A DNA stretch of 64,000 nucleotides from an uncultured Gemmatimonadales bacterium. Lineage in GTDB: Bacteria > Gemmatimonadota > Gemmatimonadetes > Gemmatimonadales > GWC2-71-9. A program made the position numbers and the translations under genes. The notes below the pieces were generated by a model. That model ran no database searches. It had not been told where the DNA came from and was given only the letters and a program-made list of their open reading frames with translations. Of the stretch, positions 38,416 through 47,525 are shown in pieces (within the stretch, counting starts at the first letter, position 1; each line of letters opens with the position of its first letter). The stretch covers positions 864,001 to 928,000 of the forward strand of contig CAVYSW010000003.1 in the NCBI GenBank assembly GCA_963771275.1, written 5' to 3'.

Positions 38416-38949
38416 GTGGATCGCGCCATCCTCCTCTGGATTCACCAGCACGGCACGCCCACGCTCGACGCGCTGTTCTCCTTTTCCAGCCAGCTCGGCA
38501 CGATCCCGTTCTGCGCGGCGCTCGTGCTGGCGGCGGCCGTGTGGCACTCGGCCCGCGGGGAGCGGCGCGAGCGAGCCGCCTGGGTGGTCGCGGGATGCAC
38601 CACCCTGCTGCTCACCGAGACCATCAAGCTCGCCGTCGGACGCCCGCGACCGGGCCTGTGGCCCTGGCTGGTGCCGGTCTCCGGATTCGCCTTCCCCAGC
38701 GGCCACGCGGTGGCGAGCGCGACGTTCTTTCCACTGCTCGCTTGGCTGATCCTGCGGTCCCGGCCGCGCTGGAGGAAGATCGCGTACGCCATCGGCCTCG
38801 TCCCCGCGGCGTACGTCGGCATCGGGCGGCTCTACCTCGGCGTCCACTGGCCCACGGACGTGCTCGGCGGTTGGGCGCTCGGCGTGGCTCAAAGCGCGGC
38901 GGCGATCCGGTGGATCGGCCTTCGACCGACCCGCCATGACACCGTATAG
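38416..38949 (+). CDS. PAP2-family phosphatase
   Basis: K....RPRP, FPSGHA, RLYLGVHWPTDVLGG. Confidence 0.9.
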   Translation: MDRAILLWIHQHGTPTLDALFSFSSQLGTIPFCAALVLAAAVWHSARGERRERAAWVVAGCTTLLLTETIKLAVGRPRPGLWPWLVPVSGFAFPSGHAVASATFFPLLAWLILRSRPRWRKIAYAIGLVPAAYVGIGRLYLGVHWPTDVLGGWALGVAQSAAAIRWIGLRPTRHDTV

Positions 38950-39058
38950 GAGGCGGCTCAAGCCGCTACTCGGCGCGCTCTGTCGCACGAGGGCGACTCG
39001 CGCGTACCGCCTCTCATCGGGCAGATCGTGCCGAGTGAGCGCTTCAGCGGCTTCCTAT
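38946..39058. repeat. Second inverted pair of REP-like elements
   Basis: ATAGGAGGCGGCTCAAGCCGCTACTCGGCGCG (+, 38946-38977) and ATAGGAAGCCGCTGAAGCGCTCACTCGGCACG (-, 39027-39058). Confidence 0.7.
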
Positions 39059-39160
39059 TGGGGACGACGCCGGGCGACCCCACTCGGCGCGCCAGTCCGG
39101 CGTGACCTCACGCTTGCCAGCGCCGCGCGCGGGGAATCATCGTTCAGGAGAGGAGAATCC

Positions 39161-39622
39161 ATGCCCATAGCACGAATCCTCACGGCGGCCGTCGCCACGG
39201 CGCTGCTGCTCGCGGCCTGCTCCGACGCATCGGTCCCGGCGCCGCCAGCCGGTTACGGGTTCGCATACGCGACGCCCGATTGCGGGCCGGCGGACGGGCC
39301 CGCCGTCCGGCTCTTTCTCCTCCCCCAGGAGGTCGAGCTGTGGCCCCCGTCGGGCGCGCGCGTCGAGGTCGCGGTGTGGCGTCCGGCCACCGGGCTGCCC
39401 GGAGCCGAGATCTCGTGGTCGGGCGCAACGAGCCTGGGCTGGGCCGGCCGCTGTGACGACCTGGGTCAATGCGAGGCCGCGACCGACGCGCGCGTGACAT
39501 TCCGCGGCTTCGCCGCCGACAGCACACTCACCGGCAGCCTCGACCTCGGGTTCGCGGACGGTGCGCGCGTCGCGGGTGGCTTCAACGCGGTTTGGCACTC
39601 GCTCACGCCGATCTGCGGGTAG
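39161..39622 (+). CDS. Hypothetical lipoprotein
   Basis: SD AGGAG, lipobox LAAC, CGPADGPA, Cys pairs, ends ICG. Confidence 0.65.
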   Translation: MPIARILTAAVATALLLAACSDASVPAPPAGYGFAYATPDCGPADGPAVRLFLLPQEVELWPPSGARVEVAVWRPATGLPGAEISWSGATSLGWAGRCDDLGQCEAATDARVTFRGFAADSTLTGSLDLGFADGARVAGGFNAVWHSLTPICG

Positions 39623-39683
39623 CGGGACCCCGGCTCCCAGGACGATCACCCCTGCCGCCTCAATCGACCGGAGACAGCGCCTG

Positions 39684-41069
39684 ATGCCCACCCGATTCGG
39701 CCGCGCCTCACGCCTCGCCGCCGCGACCCCGCTCCTGCTGCTCGCCGCATGCTCCGCGCGCCCATCCCCCGCCACGGAGGCCGCGGCGGTGCGCCAGGCG
39801 TTCCGCCACGCGTGGACCGGGTACGAGCGGTACGCCTGGGGACACGACCAGCTGCTGCCGCTGAGCCGGGGCGCGCGTGACTGGTACCCGGCGTCGCTCG
39901 TCATGACGCCGCTCGATGCGTTCGACACGATGCTGCTGATGGGGCTCGACAGCGAGGCGACGCGCGCCAAGGCGCTGATTCTCGACAGCCTCTCGTTCCA
40001 TCGCGATTTCCCCGTCCAGGTGTTCGAGGTGACCATCCGGCTGCTGGGCGGCCTCAACACCGCGTACCAGATGGACGGCGACACGCGGTTCCTCGCGCTC
40101 GCGACCGACCTCGGCAACCGGCTGCTGCCGGCATTCGGCTCGAAGACCGGCATGCCGTACCGGTTCGTCAACCTGCGGACCGGCGCGGTGAGCGGCCCCC
40201 TGAGCAACCCGGCCGAGATCGGGACCCTGATGCTCGAGTTCGGCACGCTCTCCAGGCTCACCGACGACGCCCGCTACTACGACGCGGCCAAGCGCGCCGT
40301 GGCCACCCTGTTCGCACACCGCTCCGCGATCGGGCTCGTGGGCAGCACGATCGACGTCGAGACCGGCGCCTGGCAGGACCACGAGAGCCACGTCAGCGGG
40401 GGAATCGATTCGTATTACGAGTACCTGCTCAAAGCGTGGCTGCTGTTCGGCGATCCCGATTTCAAGCGCATGTGGGAGGAGAGCATCGCCGCCGTCAACC
40501 GCCACCTCCCGGACGAGCGTCCCAGCGGCTATTGGTACGGCCACGTGGACATGGACACGGGGACGCGCACCGCCACGCAGTTTGGCGCGCTCGATGCGTT
40601 TCTCCCGGCCGTGCTGGCGCTCGGCGGCGATGCGGCGCGGGCCGGCCGCTTGATGGAGTCGGTGTACCGCATGTGGACGACGTTCGGCATCGAGCCCGAG
40701 CTGCTGGACTACGTCACGATGCAGCCGGTGGCCGCGGGCTACGAGCTTCGGCCCGAGGCGATCGAGTCGGCCTACTACCTCTTCCGGCTCACCGGCGACG
40801 AGCGCTACCGCGACATGGGGCGCGTGATGGTCGACAGCCTGCTGCACTACACGCGTACCGAACCGGGGTTCGCCGCCCTGGAGAGCGTGGTGACCAGGCG
40901 GCAGGCCGATCGGATGGAGAGCTTCTTCCTGGCGGAAACGCTCAAGTACGCCTACCTGCTGTTCGCGCCGGCCGAGACGCTCGATTTCAACGCGGTGATC
41001 TTCAACACCGAGGCGCACCCAATCCGGCGGGCCGGCATGGCCGCGCCGGCGGGGGAGGGGAGTCGATGA
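39684..41069 (+). CDS. GH47 alpha-1,2-mannosidase lipoprotein
   Basis: HAW.GY..YAWGHD.L.PLS, FEVTIRLLGGL, AEIGTL.LEF, GIDSYYEYLLK, LRPE.IES, MESFFLAETLKY.YLLF, FNTEAHP. Confidence 0.92.
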   Translation: MPTRFGRASRLAAATPLLLLAACSARPSPATEAAAVRQAFRHAWTGYERYAWGHDQLLPLSRGARDWYPASLVMTPLDAFDTMLLMGLDSEATRAKALILDSLSFHRDFPVQVFEVTIRLLGGLNTAYQMDGDTRFLALATDLGNRLLPAFGSKTGMPYRFVNLRTGAVSGPLSNPAEIGTLMLEFGTLSRLTDDARYYDAAKRAVATLFAHRSAIGLVGSTIDVETGAWQDHESHVSGGIDSYYEYLLKAWLLFGDPDFKRMWEESIAAVNRHLPDERPSGYWYGHVDMDTGTRTATQFGALDAFLPAVLALGGDAARAGRLMESVYRMWTTFGIEPELLDYVTMQPVAAGYELRPEAIESAYYLFRLTGDERYRDMGRVMVDSLLHYTRTEPGFAALESVVTRRQADRMESFFLAETLKYAYLLFAPAETLDFNAVIFNTEAHPIRRAGMAAPAGEGSR

Positions 41070-41530
41070 AGGCGTTCCAGGATTTCTACCCGGCGGACCT
41101 CAGTCACTGTTATGGCTGCGGCAGCGCGAACGCGCACGGCCATCAGCTGAAGAGCTACTGGGACGGCGAGGAGTCGGTCGCCGTGTTCCATCCACAGCCG
41201 TACCACACGGCCATCCCGGGCTACGTCTATGGCGGCCTGATCGCCTCGATCATCGACTGCCACGGCACCGGGACCGCCGCCGCCGCCGCGTATCGCGCCG
41301 AGGGGCGCGAGATGGGCACCGAGCCGCCATTCCGGTTCGTCACGGCGTCGCTGCACGTGGACTACCTGCGCCCCACCCCGTTGGGTCCGCCGCTCTTCAT
41401 GCGCGGTCGGGTGAAGGAGATCAAGGGTCGCAAGGTGGTGGTCGAGGCTACCGTCTCGGCCGAAGGCCAGATCTGCGCGCGCGGCGAGGTCGTCGCGGTG
41501 CAGATGCCGGCCAACATGATGCCGAAGTGA
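41066..41530 (+). CDS. PaaI-family hotdog thioesterase
   Basis: CYGCG..N..G, YGGLIASIIDCH, VTASL.VDYLRPTP. Confidence 0.88.
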   Translation: MKAFQDFYPADLSHCYGCGSANAHGHQLKSYWDGEESVAVFHPQPYHTAIPGYVYGGLIASIIDCHGTGTAAAAAYRAEGREMGTEPPFRFVTASLHVDYLRPTPLGPPLFMRGRVKEIKGRKVVVEATVSAEGQICARGEVVAVQMPANMMPK

Positions 41531-42786
41531 GCGGCGCCCCACCAGTGGGCCGGACCGTCTTGCTGCTGGGATGCGGGATGCAGGGGAAGGCGGCGCTCTA
41601 CGACCTCGTGCACCATGGCGACGTCACGCGGGTCATCGTCGCCGACAACCGGTCGGATCTCGAGGCGGACCTCGCCGCGTATTCCCCGGACCACGTGTCG
41701 GGACGGGTGCTGGACGCCGAAGATCAGCCGGCTCTCGCCGCGCTGATGCGCGAAGTCGATCTCGTGATCGAGGCGTTGCCCGGGCCGTTCGCGCTTCCCG
41801 TGGGGCGCCTGGCCGCGGAGGTCGGCGTCCCTCTTGTGAGCTCGATGTACTACGTGGATCCGGGCGAGACGGACCCGGACCGCGTTCGTGCAGCCGAGCG
41901 CCACGTCCGGGACATCCACCGCCGTGCGGAGCAGCGCGGCGTCGCGATCCTCACGGAGTTCGGACTCGACCCGGGGCTCGATCTCGTGCTTGCCGTCGAG
42001 GCGCTGCGCCAGGTGGACGAGGTGCACGAGCTCCACGCCTACGGCGCCGGCATTCCGGCGCCCGGCGCGCGGGACAATCCCCTGGCCTACAAGTTCTCGT
42101 GGTCCCCGCTCGGCGTGATGCGGGCGTACCGCCGGCCCGCGCGGATCATCGCCAACGGGGCAGTCGTGACGATTCCGCCGGACCGGCTGTTCGAGCCCGG
42201 CACCTTCCATCGGCTGGATGTGCCGGCCATCGGCTCCCCGCTCGAGTGCTTTCCCAACGGCGACAGCGTGCGCTACGCCGAGTTACTCGGCATCCGGGAC
42301 ACGGTGAGGGAGATGGGACGCTACACCGGCCGGCTGCCCGGGCATTGCGCGTTCTGGGAGGTGATGGTGAAGAGCGGCTTCCTCGATGATGCCGCGATCC
42401 GGGTCGGAGACAGCCGCATCGCGCCAATGCGGTTCGTCGAGGCGCTGCTCGCCTCGCGGCCCGCGTTCCGGTACGCCGACGACGAAGCGGACATGACGTT
42501 CCTCAGGGTGGACGTGCGTGGCCTGCGAAACGGCGTCAGGCGGCGGGTATGCTACGACCTCGTGGACACGCGTGACTTCACGACGGGCTTCACGTCGATG
42601 CAGCGCACCGTGGGGTTCACCCTGAGCTTGGGGGCGCAGCTGATTCTCGGCGGTACGCTCCGGAAACCCGGCGTCCTCACGCCGGTGGACGTTCCCTACC
42701 ACCACGTGTTTCCGGCGCTGGAGCGGCACGGGATGCACGTGGTGCGGAAGGCGATGCCATGGGAGGTGAGCGAGCCACGCGGCTGA
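41527..42786 (+). CDS. Saccharopine/lysine dehydrogenase family protein
   Basis: LLGCGMQG, EFGLDPGLD, NPL.YKFSWS, LECFPNGDS, SMQRTVG. Confidence 0.85.
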   Translation: MSGAPPVGRTVLLLGCGMQGKAALYDLVHHGDVTRVIVADNRSDLEADLAAYSPDHVSGRVLDAEDQPALAALMREVDLVIEALPGPFALPVGRLAAEVGVPLVSSMYYVDPGETDPDRVRAAERHVRDIHRRAEQRGVAILTEFGLDPGLDLVLAVEALRQVDEVHELHAYGAGIPAPGARDNPLAYKFSWSPLGVMRAYRRPARIIANGAVVTIPPDRLFEPGTFHRLDVPAIGSPLECFPNGDSVRYAELLGIRDTVREMGRYTGRLPGHCAFWEVMVKSGFLDDAAIRVGDSRIAPMRFVEALLASRPAFRYADDEADMTFLRVDVRGLRNGVRRRVCYDLVDTRDFTTGFTSMQRTVGFTLSLGAQLILGGTLRKPGVLTPVDVPYHHVFPALERHGMHVVRKAMPWEVSEPRG

Positions 42787-42923
42787 GATGCCGCTGCGAT
42801 CCTGGGGCTGTGAGGCCGCCGTCCACTACGGGCACGCGGCGGGATAGCGATCGGGCCGGACACCGAAACACGACGGGCCGGTCACGCCTCTGGAGCGCGA
42901 CCGGCCCGTGTGCGTGGGCAGGG

Positions 42924-43697
42924 TTAGCGGTGGAAGCCGACTTCCCCTCCGCGGCCGCGCCAGTGGCGGCCCTCACCGCATTGCCGGTTCGCGAGATCCA
43001 CCGTGAACGTCTCGCCGTTCACCGTCACCGTCGCGTACTGCGTGCCGTCGAACGCGATCATGACGTCCCGCTGGTGCGTCGTCCCGTCGTGCGGGCCGCC
43101 GGTGATCGTCACCTTGAAGTGCTTGACGATCGTGCCGCTCAGCGGCCAGCTGGTCTCGGTGCGCGGCACCGGGATCACGACGTTGTCCACCGTGTCGGCG
43201 CTCGTCATGTCGTACTGCACGTCGGCACCGTCCCGTGACCGCACCTTCGTCGTGGTGTCGCTCCCGGTTCCGTTCCAGGTGATGGACGTCTCGTCACCCG
43301 CCAGGCCTGACGCGGTGTAGTCGCGCACGCGGTTCACCGCCCCGGTCCACCGGTCCCGGCTGATCGTGCCGCTCACCGCGGCCTGGAGCCGCACCGTGTC
43401 CGTGGTCGCGGGATCGTACGCGTCCTGGACGGCGCCTGCGGCGTCGACGAACGTGCAGGTCCGGATGATCGTGATGTCACCCCGCGTGAACGAGCCGCAC
43501 TCGAACCGGCTGGGGTCGGCCGGCAGGCGGAGCCCGAACATGCCGCCCGGGCCGCGCATCAGCTCGACGTCCTGCGCCGCGGCATCCGACGCCACGACCG
43601 CCACGTCGGCGTTCGGCAGCGCCGACGTGTCCGGCGCCGCCGCATCGCGGGCGCAGGCCCCCAGTACCAGGGCGACCGGGACCACCGCGTAACGCAT
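42924..43697 (-). CDS. Hypothetical lipoprotein
   Basis: MRYAVVPVALVLGAC lipobox; beta-rich; WPLSGTI, FDGT..A motifs. Confidence 0.7.
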   Translation of the reverse strand: MRYAVVPVALVLGACARDAAAPDTSALPNADVAVVASDAAAQDVELMRGPGGMFGLRLPADPSRFECGSFTRGDITIIRTCTFVDAAGAVQDAYDPATTDTVRLQAAVSGTISRDRWTGAVNRVRDYTASGLAGDETSITWNGTGSDTTTKVRSRDGADVQYDMTSADTVDNVVIPVPRTETSWPLSGTIVKHFKVTITGGPHDGTTHQRDVMIAFDGTQYATVTVNGETFTVDLANRQCGEGRHWRGRGGEVGFHR

Positions 43698-43996
43698 TGC
43701 GATTCTCAAGGTTGCCTCCCTGTACACCATGTTGCCCGCGGCGCGCCTGCTTGCCGCGATCCACCCGTATGACGCGAGACGCACCAAGATAGTAACCCGG
43801 TTTGCGCTCGCCCGTTCCGACCGCGATTCTTGAGGGCAATGTCCAACCCCAACCCGACGCCCCGGCAACCGACCCTTCCGGACGACGGCCGCAGCGCCGC
43901 GCAGCGCCCGTGGGAGGCCTGCGGGACGCGGCAGGAGGTGGCGCGCTCCTGGATCGCCGCGCCGCCTGGTGGGAAGCGGGACGCACGGGACTAGCC

Positions 43997-44606
43997 ATGG
44001 ACACCGCCAGGCGCGTCATCGGCATCCTGCTGGTGGTCGCCGTACCGCCCGCCATCCTGTTCTGGCTGCTGATCCACCCGCTGGCGGCGTTCTGGCGGCG
44101 GCTCGGGGCCGCGGTCACCTATTCACTGGCCGGCATCGCGTACGCCGTCGCGGCTTTCCTTCTATACGGACTGCGGGAGACGCTGCTGGGACGGAACCTC
44201 GGCACCCGGTGGCCGCTGGTAGCGTGCGGCGGCGCGCTCTACGCGCTCACGGTGTGGATCGACGTGCTATGTCGCAGACACCTGAGCCCAACCGCGCTGC
44301 TGGGAGCTCCTGAGCTGTCGCAGCGCGCGTATCCCGGGCGGTTACTCCGGGACGGCATCTACCGCGTGGTCCGGCACCCGCGGTACCTGAGCGTGATCGT
44401 CGGGACAGCCGCGTTCGCGCTGGTGGCCAACTACCTGGGCGCGTATCTCGTGCTCGCCGCCTGTCTGCTCGCCTCTGTATCCGGTCATCGTGCTCGAGGA
44501 GCGCGAGCTGGTCCGCCGCTTCGGCCGGGACTACGAGGAGTACCGCGCGCGGGTGCCGGCCATCGTTCCCCGCCGCGGGCGACCGCCGTCGCGGGCGGGC
44601 GGCTGA
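43997..44606 (+). pseudogene. Isoprenylcysteine carboxyl methyltransferase (ICMT/PEMT) family, frameshifted near 44474
   Basis: The first frame has L...GIY.VVRHPRY. The conserved tail EERELVRRFG.DYEEYRARVP is in another frame, ending TGA 44604-44606. Confidence 0.75.
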
Positions 44607-44634
44607 ATCTCCCCCTTTCAGCAAGGAGTGGCAC

Positions 44635-45957
44635 ATGCAATTGGCACTGAGGCTCCGGACGGGCGCGCGCGCCGCGCTGCTGCTGGCGTGCGCCGCGGCG
44701 CCCGTGGCAGCGCAGGTGACCGCCATTCGCGCGGGTCGGCTGGTGGACCCCGAGACCGGTACGGTGGCCGCGAACCAGGTCATCCTGATCGAGGCCGGGA
44801 AGTTCACGGCGGTCGGCCCCAACGTCGCGATCCCGCGCGACGCTCAGGTGATCGACCTGTCGCAGCTCACTGTGCTCCCCGGGCTGGTGGACGCCCACAA
44901 CCACCTGGCGATCACCTATAAGGAAGAACCCGAGAGCAACGTCTACTACCTCACCTACGTGCTCGACCCGACGCCGCTCCGCGCGATCCAGGCGGCGTCC
45001 AACGGCATGCAGATGCTGAACGCCGGCTTCACGATCGTGCGCGACATGGGGAACGCCGGCAACTACGCCGACGCGGCGCTCCGGATCGCGATCGAGCAGG
45101 GCTGGATTCCGGGGCCCACGATCATCAACTCCGGCATCATCATCGGCGGGATGGGCGGGCAGTTCTGGCCCACGCCCGAGATGGCCGTGGATCACAAGAT
45201 CGTCTACCCGGAGTACCTCGACGCCGACACGCCGGACGAGATCGTGAAGGCGGTGCGCCAGAACGAGCTGTTCGGCGCGAAGGTCATCAAGATCTGTGTG
45301 GACTGCAAGCCGTGGGGCTACACGGTGGACGAGATCAGGCTCGTGATCACCGAGGCCGCGAAGGCCGGGCTCAAGGTCGAGGGGCACGTGCAGACGCTGG
45401 ACGGGGCGCGCCGCGCGATCGAGGCCGGCATCTGGTCCATCGCACACGACGTGGGGCTCAACGAGGAGATGCACAGGCGCATGGCCGAGCAGGGCATCTG
45501 GCGCGCCGGCACCGAGACGCCGATCACCCTCACCGGGCACACCACCCAGGCGCGCTACGACCGCACCGTGCGGCTGCTCAAGGACGCCTACGACCAGAAG
45601 GTGCCGCTCACGTTCTCGACCGACGCGGACTATTACGTGCCCGGCAAGACACGGGGCGAGGTGGCGATCGAGTTCCTCGTGACGTGGAAGGCGGCGAAGA
45701 TCCCGCCGGTGGACATCCTCCGCGCCATGACGGTGAACGGCTACAAGGTGAGCGAGACGGAGAGCACGCGCGGCCTCATCAAGCCGGGCCTCGCGGCGGA
45801 CCTCATCGCCGTGCAGGGCAACCCGCTCGAGAACATCGACGTGCTGCGCGACGTGCGGTTCGTGATGAAGGACGGGATGGTGTTCAAGCGGGACGGGGTG
45901 ATGACGCCCGCCGCGTTCTTCCACGGTGGACCGGTGAACGGGTGGCGGATTCGGTAG
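44635..45957 (+). CDS. Secreted amidohydrolase (Xaa-Pro dipeptidase-like)
   Basis: DL...TVLPGLVDAHNH, GFTIVRDMG, GAKVIK, EGH, IAH, STD, G.IKPG..ADLIAV.GNPL. Confidence 0.88.
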   Translation: MQLALRLRTGARAALLLACAAAPVAAQVTAIRAGRLVDPETGTVAANQVILIEAGKFTAVGPNVAIPRDAQVIDLSQLTVLPGLVDAHNHLAITYKEEPESNVYYLTYVLDPTPLRAIQAASNGMQMLNAGFTIVRDMGNAGNYADAALRIAIEQGWIPGPTIINSGIIIGGMGGQFWPTPEMAVDHKIVYPEYLDADTPDEIVKAVRQNELFGAKVIKICVDCKPWGYTVDEIRLVITEAAKAGLKVEGHVQTLDGARRAIEAGIWSIAHDVGLNEEMHRRMAEQGIWRAGTETPITLTGHTTQARYDRTVRLLKDAYDQKVPLTFSTDADYYVPGKTRGEVAIEFLVTWKAAKIPPVDILRAMTVNGYKVSETESTRGLIKPGLAADLIAVQGNPLENIDVLRDVRFVMKDGMVFKRDGVMTPAAFFHGGPVNGWRIR

Positions 45958-45976
45958 GGGGGTCTTCCTGGGGGGC

Positions 45977-46005
45977 GACTACCCTGCCCCCCAGGGCCCA
46001 CCAGC
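45977..46005 (+). terminator. Hairpin after the amidohydrolase gene
   Basis: CCTGGGGGGC-N9-GCCCCCCAGG; no U tract. Confidence 0.35.
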
Positions 46006-46103
46006 GGCCGGTCTGACGTCGGGGAGGCTTCACCCTCTGTTCATCACGCTTTCAGGGTCCAGATCGCATGGTAACGTAAGGCCGTATCCCTGGAGGACGG
46101 CCC

Positions 46104-47525
46104 GTGACTCGACCGGCGTTCGTCGCTGCTTTCCCCCTGACCGCCCTGACGCTGCTTTGCTCCTGCACCGCCTGCGGAAACGACGACATAGTTCCGCCTC
46201 CACCAACACCGCAGGACACCATCCCACCGACCATTACGGTCGTCTTTCCCACGGACTCGGCCTTCGACCAGGACGGTGACGCCCTGCTGGACGTCCGCCT
46301 CTCGTTGTCGGACTCCGGCGGGCGCGTGGATCCGGCGGCCATCATGGTGCGGAGCCTCCGGGGCGTGAACGGCCCGGCGGGTAACAACGCCAATCTCCTC
46401 AACTACTGGCAGGTCGAGACGCGCGATAGCGCGACCCTCGTCTTCCACGAGACGATCGAGAATCTGCTCCACGGGGGCGAGAACGGGCTGGAGGTCACGG
46501 TACCCGACACTGCGGGCAACGTGGCGACCGACACTATCACCCTCGTCCTGCCACATGGGCAACTCCAGCAGACGCTCGAGTCCGGCGTGCCGTACAACGG
46601 GTTCGCGCACGGCATCGGGGTGGTGGTGTGCCCCGATGACGACCGAGTCTACATGGCCGCGGGGAAGAACATCGTGGTGGCCGACGCGCTGGAGCCGAAG
46701 ATCCTGGCCGCCGTCCGGTACACTCTGGCCCCCGACGACTTCTATGTCCCGCTGTGTGTTCCAGATGACCCAATCCTCTACGTGACGCTCGCCGTCATGC
46801 GCTTCGACCGCACCAGCCTGCAGTGGCTAGCGGAGGTGACGCCGTCGTACGGGTCGATCGGCATCGTGCAGTCCCGGGCGGACCCCAACCTGCTGTACGT
46901 GGGCGAGAGCTACACCGGGGGGGTGGGAATCATCGACCGCGCGCAGGCAGCCCGCATCGGATCACTCGCTTTGCCCCCGGCGGCCTCGTACCCCGAGTGG
47001 GTGCCCGACCTCGCGGTCCTTCCCGGCGACACCAAGATCTACGTCAGTCGGTCCGAAGACCAGGGCATTCTGGCCGCCAATCCAGCCACGGGTGAGGTCT
47101 CCACGTACATCGCGATCGGCGGGCCCAACTGGCCCGGCCTGGGGGTCACCGATGAGTTCGTTCTAAGCCACGACGACCGCTGGCTGTACGTCGCCGTGCT
47201 GGCTGGGGACCCGCGCGGCGTGGTGGTGGTGGACACGCAGACCGACCGGGTCGTCCGCACGCTGCCGCTCCCCGACTACGTCCCGCAGTCGCTCGACCTG
47301 AGCCCGAGCGGCAGCCGGCTGTTCGTGACGACGCAGGACCGGGGCTCGATGCCGTCCAACAACGTGCTGATTGACGTGCCGGGCTGGCGGGTACTGCAGG
47401 AATTCCCGCGCCCCCGACCTGCGGGGGTGATCCGTTTCGACGGCGGGGTTGCGTTCCGGCGGGACGGAAAGCTGGTGTTTGTGGCTCACAACATGGACAT
47501 CGACGTCTACCTGATTAGGGAGTGA
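46104..47525 (+). CDS. Lipoprotein with Ig-like domain and YncE-like beta-propeller
   Basis: SD GGAGG, TAC lipobox, DTIPPTITV, DTAGNVAT, repeated LS.D...LYV / LSPSGSRLFV blades. Confidence 0.7.
   Translation: MTRPAFVAAFPLTALTLLCSCTACGNDDIVPPPPTPQDTIPPTITVVFPTDSAFDQDGDALLDVRLSLSDSGGRVDPAAIMVRSLRGVNGPAGNNANLLNYWQVETRDSATLVFHETIENLLHGGENGLEVTVPDTAGNVATDTITLVLPHGQLQQTLESGVPYNGFAHGIGVVVCPDDDRVYMAAGKNIVVADALEPKILAAVRYTLAPDDFYVPLCVPDDPILYVTLAVMRFDRTSLQWLAEVTPSYGSIGIVQSRADPNLLYVGESYTGGVGIIDRAQAARIGSLALPPAASYPEWVPDLAVLPGDTKIYVSRSEDQGILAANPATGEVSTYIAIGGPNWPGLGVTDEFVLSHDDRWLYVAVLAGDPRGVVVVDTQTDRVVRTLPLPDYVPQSLDLSPSGSRLFVTTQDRGSMPSNNVLIDVPGWRVLQEFPRPRPAGVIRFDGGVAFRRDGKLVFVAHNMDIDVYLIRE

Noticed and set aside
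11213..39058. CRISPR or integron attC interpretation of the repeats
   Set aside because: Copies are dispersed and in both orientations, with no regular spacers, no attC core sites, and no cas or integrase genes.
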